This document shows, piece after piece, positions 1-14,637 of a DNA stretch of 64,000 bases (positions are counted from its first letter, which is position 1; every line of letters begins with the position of its first letter). Both the position numbers and the translations under genes were made by a program. Source of the stretch: Chrysomallon squamiferum (Eukaryota > Animalia > Mollusca); the NCBI GenBank assembly GCA_012295275.1, contig CM022669.1, positions 5,704,001-5,768,000 on the forward strand, given 5' to 3'. A model generated the notes under the pieces. It was not told the origin of the DNA, searched no databases, and worked only from the letters and a program-made list of their open reading frames with translations.

Positions 1-132
1 TTTCAGTTGATGCCTATGTAAATTTATTTTTGGTGAAATCAACACTTGATTATATTGATTATATTTTTATTTAAAATATTTAATTTATTTAAAGTTTAAT
101 TTTAATATTTTTAAATTTCAGAAAGTTGTAAT

Positions 133-165
133 ATGGCTCTGTCACCAGCAGAAGCTCCAGTCTAT
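133..165 (+). CDS. AKAP13/ARHGEF28: Coding exon 1 (MALSPAEAPVY); exon begins at 122 after an acceptor, so a 5' UTR exon lies upstream of the window
   Basis: tttcag acceptor ending 121, ATG at 133, donor gtaagt at 166, phase 0; resembles AKAP13 MKLNPQQAPLY. Confidence 0.88.
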
Positions 166-944
166 GTAAGTAATGATTTTATCATCACAATGTTACTATT
201 AGAAAATAGCAGCAAAGTATTTAATGTAAAAACTATATTTTAGCAGTATGATTATTTCCTCAAAAGGGAGGTAACTCACCCTCCAAATAAAAAAAATAAA
301 AAAGTTTGTTTCAGTTTTATTTTATTTTAATTTTAAATATCATATGTTGTTATTTTTGTGTTTTATCCTACAATGATTTTTCTAAATTTATTATTTTTCT
401 GTTTTATTTTATTTTGTTATTTTAATTAAAATAATTCCAATTTATTATATTTTAATTCATTTTTAAAATTTAAAAAAAAAGATACAAATACAAATAGATG
501 TTTTATTTTGTTTTTCAGGGTGGAATTACCATAGTGTTAATGTTTAATGAATACACTGAGTTTGTAGAGGGCAGTGAGATGTTTCTTGTGTTTACTGGAA
601 CTAATCAACGCCACACTGTTTCAGCTAATAAAGTAAACAAGAACACACTCCATGCCTCTGTTCCTGGTTAGTGAAAATAAATATATTTGTAGTTAAACCT
701 TTTTCCTCATCATCAAGTCCTATTCTCCTTTCTTAATTATAAATTATGTTTTATCTTTAAGCTTTTTGTGATAAAAAGGAATAAATAATGTTTAAGTCTT
801 TCTTTCTGTCTATTATGCTCTGTTTTTTCTTTGTTAGTCAATCTTTACTTCTGTCTGTGTGTATGTCTGTTCATCTGTCCATTTGTTATTCAGTTGGTTG
901 TCCAGTTGGTCTGTTTAATTTTCAGTTTGTTAATAATAATAATA

Positions 945-996
<52 letters not shown>

Positions 997-3388
997 AAAT
1001 TAAAAAAAATAAAATAAAAAAATAAAAAAAAAAAAAAAAAATAAATAAAAAAATAAAATTAAAAAAATAAAATAAAATAAAATAAAATAATATAAAATAA
1101 AATAAAATAAAATAAAATAAAATAAAATAAAATAAAATAAAATAAAAATATAAAATGTTAGTTCCTCTACTAGTATTAGATCCCAATACCATTAAGAACA
1201 AATACACTGATAGACTAATATGTACTCAGTGCAGCCCACTGGACTATTTGGTCACACAAACAAAACCAGTGGTCACTTAATTGTGTGATAAATTCAATAT
1301 GACTGCCCACAGCAGGACTTGATGGCTTTTAGGACAAGTGTTCAGTATTCACAGTCACACCAGTTGTGTACCCAGCCAGACAGAGGTGTTTAGTTGATAA
1401 TCAACAGATAAAGGATGTGACAACATTCACAGTCACTGATAATGAGCAAATGATGTCCAAGAGGAAATCTGCTGTCCAAACATTCAACACTTAATTACAT
1501 TTTTTTTTATCGATGCAGCAGCTTCCCACATTGCTCTTAATATTTTAAATAATATGTATTAAAATGATCATTATTATTGTTGTTGTTGATATATTCTTTT
1601 TTTTCTTTTTAAAATAATAATAAAGAATAAAATAAAATTAAGAAAAAACAACTCCAAAAACAAGAATAGCAAAACCAAGCCAAAAAAACAAAACAAATAA
1701 TAATAATAATAAGAAGAAAAAAAAATAAAGAAATAAAAGAACAACAACCAAAAACAAAGCAAAATGAAAAGATTTTTTTAAATAAGATATTAACATTTTA
1801 GTTAGTGTGGATGTATCATTAAAAAGAGGTAACTGCACTGACTGTTATTACAGCCGAGCAGCAAGGGATGGGTTATATAAATAAATAAAGTCAACTCACC
1901 AGATTTTTGCTATGTGCAATAAATTAATTGGCACCACAATGAGATTTGAACTTGTGTCCTTTATGCATCTAGTAATGCTTCAGAGCTGAAATTACTAAAG
2001 ATGAAAAATAATTTAAAATATTTAAAAAGAAAGTTCAGCATTTATATGCTTGATACAGCTCTGTGAATAATAGATAATAAGACTGTAACGTGTTGGTATT
2101 TCAGCAGTCAAAATAATGTAATTTTTTATAATCATCTCCTATTTTGTTACCTATAATGGTATTCTCTTACTTGTGCAAAAAGTCTATTTTGATATAGTCT
2201 CAAATAGTTTTTTGTGTGAATGATAGCGTTTTCTTTTCTTCAGTTTATATATTATTCACAACATTATTTACTTTGCTTTGATATATTTATAAATGTCACA
2301 ATGATCATTAACAGAACTTTATCTAAAACTAAAAAGTTTATATAAAAATAAATGTGAAAGAAAAGCTTGAGTATCACAATACAAAATAAATAACAAACAA
2401 CAACAACAACAACAACAACAACAAAATATATATAGTGATTAAAAAAATAAACATAGCAAACATGCTATCTATTATTTATCACATCTTTGGTATTGTTTGT
2501 GGTCTTCTTCAGAATGATTTAAAAAAAAAAATTATGAATCTTTTATACAAAGTTTTACAACTATATGTAGATACATGACAAAAATCACATCTCTATTAAA
2601 ATGAAATCACATGAATGTGCTTTACACTGTGATAATCAGCTGACTCTCTTTCCAGGACATGATATGACAGAAGAGGTGAAGCTCAGTGTTTTCCAGGTGC
2701 ATGATAGGTATTTTGAGCTTCTGCAGACAACAGACTTTCAGTTTTACGAGGACACTGCCTTCCACATGGCAAAGTTTCTTATCAACAGTGTGTACAACAT
2801 CCATGCCCTCGACAACCTTGAGCTGATCAGAAGTGACCAGTTTGACCTGGCCAATGAGATCCTGTCCACTCTAGATGCCCGCCTGAGTCTGGCCCTGAAG
2901 CATACACCTCTACATCCTGCCTGGAACCTGCTTGACTGGGACTCAGGTGAGAAATGTGCAGCTGTTTAGGATGTGTATCTGTACGTTTGACAGTATTTAG
3001 AGAAAATATATAACAGTTATTTATTTATTTATTTAATTAGTTAGTAATTTTGTATTTAAATATTTATATATTTATTTAGTTATTTTTGTATTTATTTATT
3101 TGTTTGTTTGTTTGTTTGTTTGTTAAATAAAGTGAAATTGATGTTCAGAAATAGATATTGCCAAATATAAAACAAAAAATAAAAAATAAAAAAATAGTTT
3201 TTTGTATATTAAAACTCATTTAAAAAGAACTGATACCCTTCTGTAAAAAGACAAAAACAAAGAACAAAACACTCATTACTGTGTGTACTTGAATGATTTC
3301 ACAAAAAATCTTCACTCTTCCATTTCATACTGATTTTAGAGAATACCCATTATCCTGAAGGGAATTTAATTTGTTCATCATCAGTGTG

Positions 3389-3436
<48 letters not shown>

Positions 3437-5082
3437 TAATTTTAAACATGTTGGTATTGAAATGATTTCTTTCACTGACTACAACATGATTGACATTGTT
3501 TTTGTTGCTGATGATCAGATGATGATTTTCAAGGAAGAGAAACTTTGTTACACTTTGCTGCTCGTCTCGGCCTGAGTCGAGTGGCTTCATACATTCTGGA
3601 CAAACCAGGTGGACAGGAGTGTTGTCATGTCACCAACCCAGATGGACAACTGCCCTCTCAGGTTGCTGCACAGAATGGTTTTCACGAACTGGCCGAACGT
3701 TTGTCAGGGTGAGTACTGACTGACTTGTAGATTGCTTTATAGTGATTTATGAAGTTTATTTTTGGCTGTTCCATCTCCTTGTGTCACAGAAATTTCACTT
3801 GATCATTTGCTTATTCTTTTATAAATTTGTGATTCACGTTTGTGTTTTTTTTATTCACTTACACAGTTCTGGCTCACTTTAAGACAGTTCAGTTGTTTGT
3901 TTATTAGGTTAGGGTTAGGGTTCTCACCAGTAAACTCATGGTAGTCAATTACTCACTTTGCAGTTAATTACTACTACCACGGATCATATATTTCTGCAGT
4001 TAATACCTGCGGAGTTGAAAAATATTCATGAATGGGTTTTTTCTTTCAAGGATTAGTTTTTGTTCATTAGCACCGTTAATATTTACATATACTTTTCAAA
4101 TTCACTTGTAGAGTTCTTACTAAATACTTGGGAATTTAGACAGGATAATTATTAATATGTAAACTCAATTACATCTAAAGCAAAATACAAAATAAAATGT
4201 CATATTGAATATAATAAAAAAATTTAAATACAGTAGTTATTAATATGTAGTTAAAATTCATGACTTGAAATAAAATCTCATGATAAATCTAAACTGATTA
4301 CCAAGTAGCAGGTTTTCAAATACTTTAGTTGTAGAAACTGCTATTTTAATGCAGTGAATATAGTAAATGAATAATGTACATAGCAAACATCTGCATAAAA
4401 GTTGACTGTTGTAGGACTCAAGTGTTTTTTTTGTTATCTTGTTTTGCATTTTGCATTGTGCCCTGCTCTTGAATTAATGCAGTGTGTAATTACCATATTC
4501 TGTTGTTAGTGATTCTGCAGTATTTTTCTCTTTCATTAATAATTGTGTGTAAATACCAAAGTCGTGGTTAACAAGGCACTGAAGAGCCATGATGAACAGG
4601 GAATCAATAGCAGTGTGTTTGATTGACCTGTGGCAGGTCTTGTATTAATATTTCATTATTTGTGTACACACACACACTGTGTCCTTAATGAATCTCGATT
4701 GAATCTCAGAAGTCAGAGCTTAACAGATTAAGGGATGATCACTGACAGAAGTATAGATCTACATATAGATAGAGAATGAAGTGGAAAATGGGGATAGATG
4801 TAACAAAGAAAATAAAAATAACTGATTCATCATGTTCTTAATCAGCTTTAGACTTCCAGCAGATGGATGTCATTTAATAATAAGTCACAGAGAGGAAATC
4901 CACAGCAGCCTTTCACTGATACATCAAATAGCAACAAGAAAATCTTTTGCAAAGACCTTCCCACTGACAGTAAAATTATTTACAATAGCTTTTTGTATGT
5001 CTGTTAATGGTGAGTTATTTTTTGAATGGAAGATGGCCTAATGGCAAAAAGAATATGAGAAAAGTTGTTGTAATAGTAGTTT

Positions 5083-5125
<43 letters not shown>

Positions 5126-5776
5126 GTCAACAAAACAACCAACAGTATGAAAAATATGCTACATGAGAATAATTATAATTTTTGAAAACACTTACTGTTA
5201 TTACCCATATGTTTATTTTCACACGCACTCAGTGTCAGAAATGTGCTATCTTTCTACTGCGACACTTATCAAAGTGGATTTGTATTTTGTGCAAATGTGT
5301 GCCAAGCAGTAGTGACAATCGTTCAAAAAGAACTCACATTTTCATTGGCCTTCCTTGTTGAGGGACAGATTCAAATCTGTTAGCCAAACTAAAACTGTTT
5401 GTTCATAATCGAGTTGTTTGTATACTCTGTTGAAACAAAGGATGTAGCTGTTAAAACTGGAACTTTTTTTCCAAGCGCCATAGGACAGATGAGAGACAGT
5501 ATGGAAAGGTGAAAACAAAAAACCAGAAAGAAATGTAAGCATTTTTTTTTACAAGAGCTCAAACAAAATTTGGTAAATAATTGGTAGTTTAATAGTTACT
5601 TGTTAATTTAATTTTGTAGAGATTGTTTTTAGTGTTGTTTTGTAATGGTTTGGAAAAAGATTGGCACCTGAATATTTTTCTTGAAAAAAAAAAACAATTT
5701 GGATGGATAATGAACAGTGCAGGAACAAAATTTATTCTTTTTTTTTAAATTATTCATTGTTATTGTTTTTGTTATT

Positions 5777-5815
<39 letters not shown>

Positions 5816-8800
5816 TTGATATCATTATTATAAGCGTCATTTGTACTTGATTTATAGTTAATTATTAAATCTGCTGTCTGTATTCTGGTTTCCAAGTGAT
5901 AACTCTATTGTCTGTAAAATTGTTTTCACCTGATTTGATAGATTTGTTTTGACAGTAAAATATTGTACTTAAACACTGATCAGTCATGTGATTTGACTAC
6001 TTTGTTTTTAAATGTACTCAGATGTTGATGATTGTCTGATTTGACTGGGTGTTTTTTTTTAAATTTGGTTGTATGGGTAACAGGCTAAGTGGTTGTTATA
6101 GGGTTGATAACTAATTTGGGTGGTGTCTTAAATGTTTTGATGGATACATGGATGCATGTGTAATTAACTAGAAGTTCATGTGACTGACTGACTAAATGAT
6201 CTGACACATTCACGGTATAAACTTTTTATATGTTTCAGTACCTCTCTAACAAAAATGTTTACGTATTTTTCATTATTGTTGTTGTTATTGTTGCTCTTGG
6301 TATAGATGTTGTTATTATTTTTCATAATGTGCGTTTGACTGAGTTTTATAATCCTGGAAACAAAGACTGAAAATTAGGTCAGTGTTCTGAGACAAGGTAA
6401 TTTTTGCTGGTAGATCACAGTAAGTACATTTTATCTGACTGGATCATTGTTAACTCTCCAGTGAGAATTTGATTTATCCAGCTATTTCCTGTCTGTGATC
6501 CACTAGAGTTCAGCAGCATGGCTGGACTGTGGTCAGTGAGGACAAATATGATTGCCCATCTTTATTTTTATATCCTATGTTCTGAAAAGAAAGAAAGAAA
6601 GAAAGGGGGAAAAAAAAGTGTATTTCCTAATTTCTTACAGTATTAATGAAAAGAAGTTGGAGTAATATAAATAACTCGATTTTAAAAAGAACATTAAGAT
6701 AAAGAAATTTAAAAAAAAAAATGTTTAAAAAAACCCAATCTTTTACTTTTTAACTGTTATTATTATTAAACAATTATATATTTTCAACCATAAAAAACAT
6801 GATATACACGTGCATCGAACCATTCATCCATAGTAATCTTCCTATATGTGGATATACACATACAGAACTACAAAACATGTTAAAAATTCATTTTTAAAAT
6901 CTTTTTTCAGTTGTTAATATGGCTGAAATATTGTTATTAAAAAAAATAAAATAAAAAAAGACTTTCTATTTTTAATTTTTTAAAATGCTTGCCTATTTGA
7001 GTGCAGCATCAGTTCAGCTGGTACAGTGTTTGTACAGAGGGTTAGACATGTGTGTGTTTGTTTTATTATAACAATATTCTGCCTGGTATTGTCAAATATT
7101 TTATTCTTCTTCTCTCCAACATGGATTATGAAAAAGAAAACAACAAAGACATGCTTCACCCATGTTGGTGATGGATAATCCATTCAAACAAGACAGCTGT
7201 GGAAGCTATGTGGGTCAGTGGGTAACTGTGGATTTTTCTGTTGTCAGTTGCTGTAGATGTTGCTGTTGCTAGGTCTTCATGTTTATCAGGACTGGTCAAA
7301 ATTCAGAAGTTGATCTGAGCTGTGATGGGCTTTAGGATCAAATCTATGTGGTAATTTGTGATTATGTGTGTTTTATAAGTTTTATTATCTATTTTTATCC
7401 ATTCTCAGTAGAATTTGTGTTGGGCATAATACACACCAAGCCTTGTGTGGTAGTTTTTATTTATTTATTTATTTATTTATTTTCATGTCCTGTACAACTT
7501 AGGTAGAAGATAATATAGACATATCAAGATAAATTATTATGTACATGTAACAAACAATTTGAAATATGTGTCTAACATGTTATATGTATACAAGTTTACT
7601 GTATGTAATAAGTACAGATAGTATGAAGTAGCAACACATTCATAAGCATGCATCTAAAAAATATACATGTATGTAGAAGTAATTGTGTTGTGTACTAAAC
7701 AGACATACAGACAAGTAAACTGTGATTTATAAGCACACCTGGTACAGTATGTGTAGTGAATGTGTAACCCTGTATATGTTTGCATGCCTATTATTGATTG
7801 GCACAAAATTTGTGTGTTAAATGTTTTGGAACAGCCATTTAAAATATCAGTTATCTTGATATCACTGAATTAATGACCTTCATTTATACACATAAAAAGA
7901 AATGTCTGCTTCCCAAGTTACAAATGCAGATATCCTGAAGTGAAGTTTTTATCAAAAAAAAACCCACAGTACACACACACACACACACACTGTATTGTAT
8001 TGCTGTTTGAGTTTGTTTGGATTGGAATATCCAGAGATAACAGTGTTTTCTCTTTTGATTTATTACCTGGTGAGCAAATACAACGAAGTTTCACACACAT
8101 ACTATTTGTCAGACAGTATTCTCTTACTACCTGACTTACTTATTGTTAGTATGATCATGCTTGCAAATGTTGTAAGCATCTTATCACCAGGTGCAGACGT
8201 TATTATGTGCATTTGTATCATGTAAGTGATTTATTGATTGGCCGAGAGGAAATAAAAGCCTGTCAGTGATTGGTTAGTACTAGACACAGGTGCGTCTGGA
8301 GAGAAGAGGAAATTGATTTGTTGGACTTGTCTTATACATCAATGCCTGCTTGTGCGCTGTGGGAAACTGTATTAATCAAATGTTAGAGGTTGATAATAAT
8401 GTAAGTATTTGTGTTTTCTGTAATGCTTAATTTTGACCTTGAAATGTTGTTAAAATAGAGAATCACATACTACACTGTTAGATACCTTGTCTTGTTTTTG
8501 TCTGATAGATTATGTATATTTTATGTCATTTTTAAAAGTTCTATTTCAGTTTTTAATTTTTTAAATTTATTATTACTGTTGTTGTTGTTATTGTTATTAT
8601 TACCAGTAGTAGTAGTAGTAATACTAATAGCATACTAAAGTCATATTGTAATAGTATTTCTCTACAGAAAATGACTGGGTTGTTACTTTCTAACCTTCTA
8701 AACCTCATTATTTACATTTGAACAGAAATGATTAAAATTCTGTGAATCCAGAATAACAGATTAAAAAAAAAAAAACAACACTAGAACAAAATCCATCAGT

Positions 8801-9882
8801 ATGCCAGAGAATTCATTTTACAAATATTACTGAAATTAATGACTGAATGGAATTTAAACTGTTTATTAGGTGAATATTTACCATTAAAAATATTTTCCCT
8901 GATTCCTCTTGGTGACTGTGAGCCATAAAATCTAATGAGTAGTACTTGACATTTTTATTACATGTAATTTTTTATTATTATTATTATTTTAATTATATAT
9001 CATTTAGTGTCTATAAATTATGTAAGCATAATTTTTAAAAGACTGTGTAATGTTTAAAAGTGAATGTATAAATAAATAAATTATCCTTCAACACAGTTTA
9101 ATTTTAATGATGATTACAATATGTTGCATTTGGAAAACAGACTAGTCTACTGATTAACAAAAATAAATCTTTTATGTTTATATTTCCTTAAACAGAGAAA
9201 AAAACCACCAACAGAAAAACACAAAACCAAAAAACCTCAGATTTAAATAGTTGGGTTGTGGTTGTTGCAGCTGTTGTTTTGTTTTGAAAGAAAGAAATAT
9301 AACATGTGGGTTTAGATTTGAAATTTTAAAAAAATTATTAAAATTCATTTGTTTTCCCCCAGATTGTAATTACTGTATTGTAATTAATTTGCTTGTTACA
9401 TAAAAATGGATAAACATGCCAGAACAAGATGAACAAAAACAACATGTTTTTTTTAATAATGTGTTAGTCATTGATTAACACATCAAAGTCCACACAGTGG
9501 ATAAAGAAATAGGAAAATGCTGTCAATAAGCTGATAGTAGAAGTAGCTTGTCACTGGGGTGCTTTGACTTTTCATTATTAGTGACAAATATTTTGTTATT
9601 TAAATGTCTGGAATAACTTTCTATGACTTCATAGCTGCGACAAGTTCTCTCTTCCCCGTCACTGGGTGTGTTTGTTAATTCTTGTTTTCAGTTCAGAGAT
9701 TGCAGTGATGTTGGATTTACTAGTAACTGGTAAAAAAAAGTAGTTTGTGTCTTCAAAAGTTAATCAGTTTTTTCAGAAGTGAAGCTACCACAGCATAAAT
9801 ATATCTTGTACATGTCCAAGCAACTGTTTCTTCATTCCCTTGTACAGTTTTATCATCACTATCATTATCATCATTGTAATCA

Positions 9883-9939
<57 letters not shown>

Positions 9940-11655
9940 TTTTTATTTATTCATTTATTTTTATTTTTTGGACAAATAATAGTTTAAAATGCACAAGCCC
10001 AGTTTTTATATATATATATATAGAGAGAGAGAGGTTTTTTGTTTCCAAGTGTAATTGTGATGGCCAAAATTACAATGGAATGATTTCCAAATAATAATTT
10101 TTAATTCTTTATAGAAAATCAGTTTTCTCTCAAGATAAAGTTTTAATTTCAAGTGTAATTATTATGGCTCAATTAATTGCTTGATATGTACTTCAAACCA
10201 AACTCTGCTTATAATAAAGTTTTTTGTATTCCAAATATTTTTGCAAAAGCTTAATACATCATGCTATATTTGTCAATGAAGACTACCCTTTAATAATAAA
10301 AACTCAGAAAACATAAAACCCCAAATTGCAGCAGTTCTTAAACTTAGACTGACTGAATATGTGAATGCATTTCTCCTATTCTGACTTAAATGTGTGAAAT
10401 TATTTAACTATGGACTGTATTAGTAGTGTTGAGCTCACTTTCATTTCCATTCCTAGTGGTCACAGGTAAACATTTCTCAGCATTCTCACAACACACACAC
10501 AGCACATGTTGAAACCTCTGTCAAAGACTTGATGTCATCTTCCAGTAATTAATCTCTTGGAGAAGACGGTATTTCTGCATTGCATGATGGCAGAGATTAA
10601 AAGATTTTGTAATTGGTTTTTATTTATTCTGACTAGATGTTGTGAGCTGCATGTTAGATCCTGTCTAATTATCTCATTACTTGAACACTTTTAATTATTT
10701 ACATGATTTTCATTTATTTATAGAACAGTTACATAGTTTTCTTTATCTGCTGGGAATGTTACATCATGCTTTCCATTTAATATGAAACTGTATAAAGCTA
10801 TTTTGGAATTTAATTTTCCAAGACTGTTTTGTTCTTTTAAAGGAGTTATTTGTTTGACATAGGCATGATCATCGATTATTTTCTTTTAGCTTGCTTCAAG
10901 CATGTTCAAGAATTATCATCAAAATGTGTTTTAGTTCTTATTTTTTTTTATTTAAATGTTTATGTATAAGGATGTAAGTGCATTTAAACACATATGAACA
11001 TGCATTTTATTTAAATGTTTTTGTGTAAATATATATGTCTATTTAAATGTGTGTAAATGTATGTGTATATGTTTGTGTAAACATACATGTCTATTTAAAT
11101 GTTTGCAAATGAATGTGCAAAAAAAAAAAAAATTGTTTTTAACCACACCTTTATGAAAAGAATAAGAAACAACAATAAACAATTATAACATTTCTGAAAG
11201 CTGATTGTTTTATGTTTTTATATTTATAATATATTGTCTGCTATGTGTTTATATTTGTACAGTGTGCCTCAAATTGCTGTTGAATTAATGCCAGATCAAT
11301 TAATGCCAGAGTGTAAATAAAGTTCAGTTCAGTTACAGTATAATGAACAACATATTAATGAAAACATTTAAGCTGTTTAGTTTTAATTTCCCTGCTGTAA
11401 AGCAGACAGTCGTCACCTGTTGTGTTTTCTTGTATTGATCAGGGAGTTGGCCTGTCGAAACTTAACCTTGTGAATATTAGAGAGCTGAAGCCATCTGTTA
11501 CACTTACCTGTAATCAGATGATTCATGTTTTACATTTTGTTTCCTATACAGCTACAAAAATAAGGTAGAGAAGAAGACGATAATACATTTTTATTTATTT
11601 TGTTTCCTTGTTTGATCATTTTTTTTGAGAAACACCCCAAAACCCTCAAATCTAA

Positions 11656-11687
<32 letters not shown>

Positions 11688-13372
11688 GCATATATAAATC
11701 AAAAATTTCAAAATCAGATCAGAACATAAAAGGAAAATAAATTTCTTAAAATAGAAATAAGTAAACAGTGGACACAGAAACACACACACATTCATGCACA
11801 CATAAATGCACATACCTATAAATACTTGCAAAAAAAGACATAGATACATATAGGTAGAAACACATATAAATGGATATACACACATGTATATATATATACC
11901 TTGCAAAAAGACACACAAACTAGATAAACAAATAAAAGGACAGACACACACACTGTTGTACCTCCGTTACTGGTTAAAGATTTGAAACCACAGATTTGCA
12001 CAGACTAAAGGGTAAAGAAGATGTGTAAAAAATGTCACTGGGGGATTTTCCTGAATTTCTCACATGTTAACACTTGGAGAGCAGACAGAAATCTGCGTCA
12101 TTGCTTTGTGAAATTTCCCTCAGTGTACACATTGAATTAGAACAAATACGTATGTTTGCTTTTATCATTTACAGAAATATTGTTTCTTGTTGCCTACTGC
12201 TTATTGAAAGCAGTGTTCATACACACAAACACACAGACTGCGATAAAATTTATAAATTTTATATCTTTGTTTTATTTTGTCTGTACTTTCTTCAGTGTTT
12301 TATTGTTCTTTCAGGAGTTACTGGGTGAGAGTATACATACACACATACATACATACATACATATATAAACACACACATACACACACACGCACACACACAT
12401 ATTATGTAGATATGGTCATGTGCATTAAACTGATTCGCCTTTTTATGCTATGTATTATACGTTGACTCTGAAGAATGTAATATTAATTAGACGTGTGTGT
12501 AGTAATCAACAGCTTGCTTTCTGAAACATCTCAGGGCATTGTCTCTGTTGTCTTGTTTTTTAACTAGCTCAAATTTCTAACAGCAGTATCAAAATTACTG
12601 CATGCTTATTTAGAATATAGTGATTTAGGTAGCCATGTTAGATTAGCAAGTCTGCATTAAAGTGGATGATGTGAAATGTTTGTAAAAATGATTTTTTTTT
12701 TTTTTTTTGTTCAGTAGAAAAGCCATTTTAAGTACAGCTTATATTTTTTCTTTTTTTCTTTTTTTCTAAACACAGTATATAAATGTAATGAATAAAATGA
12801 AGCAATGTTTTGAAAATAAAGGATAAGTTGTTTATTTAATGCCATCTCAAAATTTTTATGTTACTAATTATGACAGTCATATTACTGATAATAAATCAGT
12901 TATAATAATTATAATACAGTGAAGAAAGAAAGCTGTAGTCATCATATTTTCTTCCTAACAATCTGCAGTATACATTATATACTAAGTTTTATTTATAGTG
13001 GAAATATATACCATTGTTTTTGATAAATCAGTTAAAAGGAACAGACCAGAGTTGGCTTTACCCCAAAGTGTGCCCAAAGAGGAACGATCCCCTAACCCTT
13101 GGTTCTTCAGGCATGTGTTTATCACTGTGTTTTGCAGTGACAGACAGCTGTAATTGTGATAACAAGTCATTATCTGGAATTGTGAGGACAGTTGTGATCT
13201 TGGACAATAACATTAATCAGCGGTTTGCCAATAATGAAAGTATTGCTATCAGCCAGAAATAGAGAGAGCAATAAATACGTGACTTTTAATTATATAGAAA
13301 TAAGATAATATGTAGCATATTTATGTATTTACATTAATTTGTAGGTGTGTGAGGGTTTATATCAGTGTTGAA

Positions 13373-13430
<58 letters not shown>

Positions 13431-14559
13431 TTTATCAGTGCAAAAGAGAGAGAGAGAGAAAGTTTATTTTATCAGTTTATGTGTGTGTATGTGTGTTTCC
13501 ATGTGTGTGTGTGACTATGTGTGTTTGTGTACATAATACTGTATGACCACACCATGAATCAGTTCCATTTTTATGAAATTTCAGCTAACTTGCTTTCTGT
13601 TCTCTGTTCTTTTTTTTTTCTTTTTTTTTCATCTATCTATTCCTCTGTATATCCATTTGTCTGTTCTTCTTTAAGATCTATCTATCTGTCTGTCTGCTCT
13701 GTTATTTTTTTGACCCATCTGTTGATCTGTTTGTCTGGCCCTGTGTCTGTCTGTCTGCTGTTTGACCACCACACACATAGAACACAGTTTCAGAAGCCGC
13801 CAGTCTAGGATATGAACTAATTGAATAACACGAGAGTGATGGTGAATATTTGGAAATCGTCTTCTATTTTAGTAACCTTTCACAGATTTTATTAAACACA
13901 TCACCAGGAGGGTCCACTCCATGATGCCTTGCCTGATCCAGTAATGAGTGGACACATTTACACTGTGATTACAAACAAGGAGAAACATTCTTCACAGTCC
14001 TCTAGGTCAGACACACACCACTGGGTGACCAGAGGGAGAGAAAAAAAGCAAATAGTCTAAATAGCCTGAGTAGATTGGAAATAGTCTGTGCTTTGCTCTC
14101 TGCTTGATGGATTTGTTGAGATTTGGTGATGTTAAATTTTGATCAGATGTTTTCAGATATGTGAACTTGGATTGGTCAGATTGTTAGTGAGTTAGTGAAA
14201 AGTGTAGTTATGTTATCTGAAATCTCTTTTTGGGGGGTTTATGATATACAATCTTTGATGATGATGATAAGATGAGGTTGAATTGGGTAAGTCTGATGTC
14301 TAGTTGAGTTAAATATGCTAGAAAGCTAGATACATTAAAAACATTTTAAATAAAAGATTTCATTTTATATTATAGTTATTTCTTCAACATCCTTTATTTT
14401 TCTTCTTCTTCATTGTTTTTTTAAAATTTATTTATTTATTTATTATTATTAATTTTATTTTTTTTAAATTTCAGTAACCACTAATATTAAATTTGAAATG
14501 TCTTTAATTATTTTCATTATTTGTTTCTTTATTTACATATCCACACTCCATGCACACAT

Positions 14560-14637
<78 letters not shown>

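Noticed and set aside
788-1838. Poly-Lys and Phe/Leu-rich ORFs
   Set aside because: Poly(A), (TAAAA)n and other simple repeats
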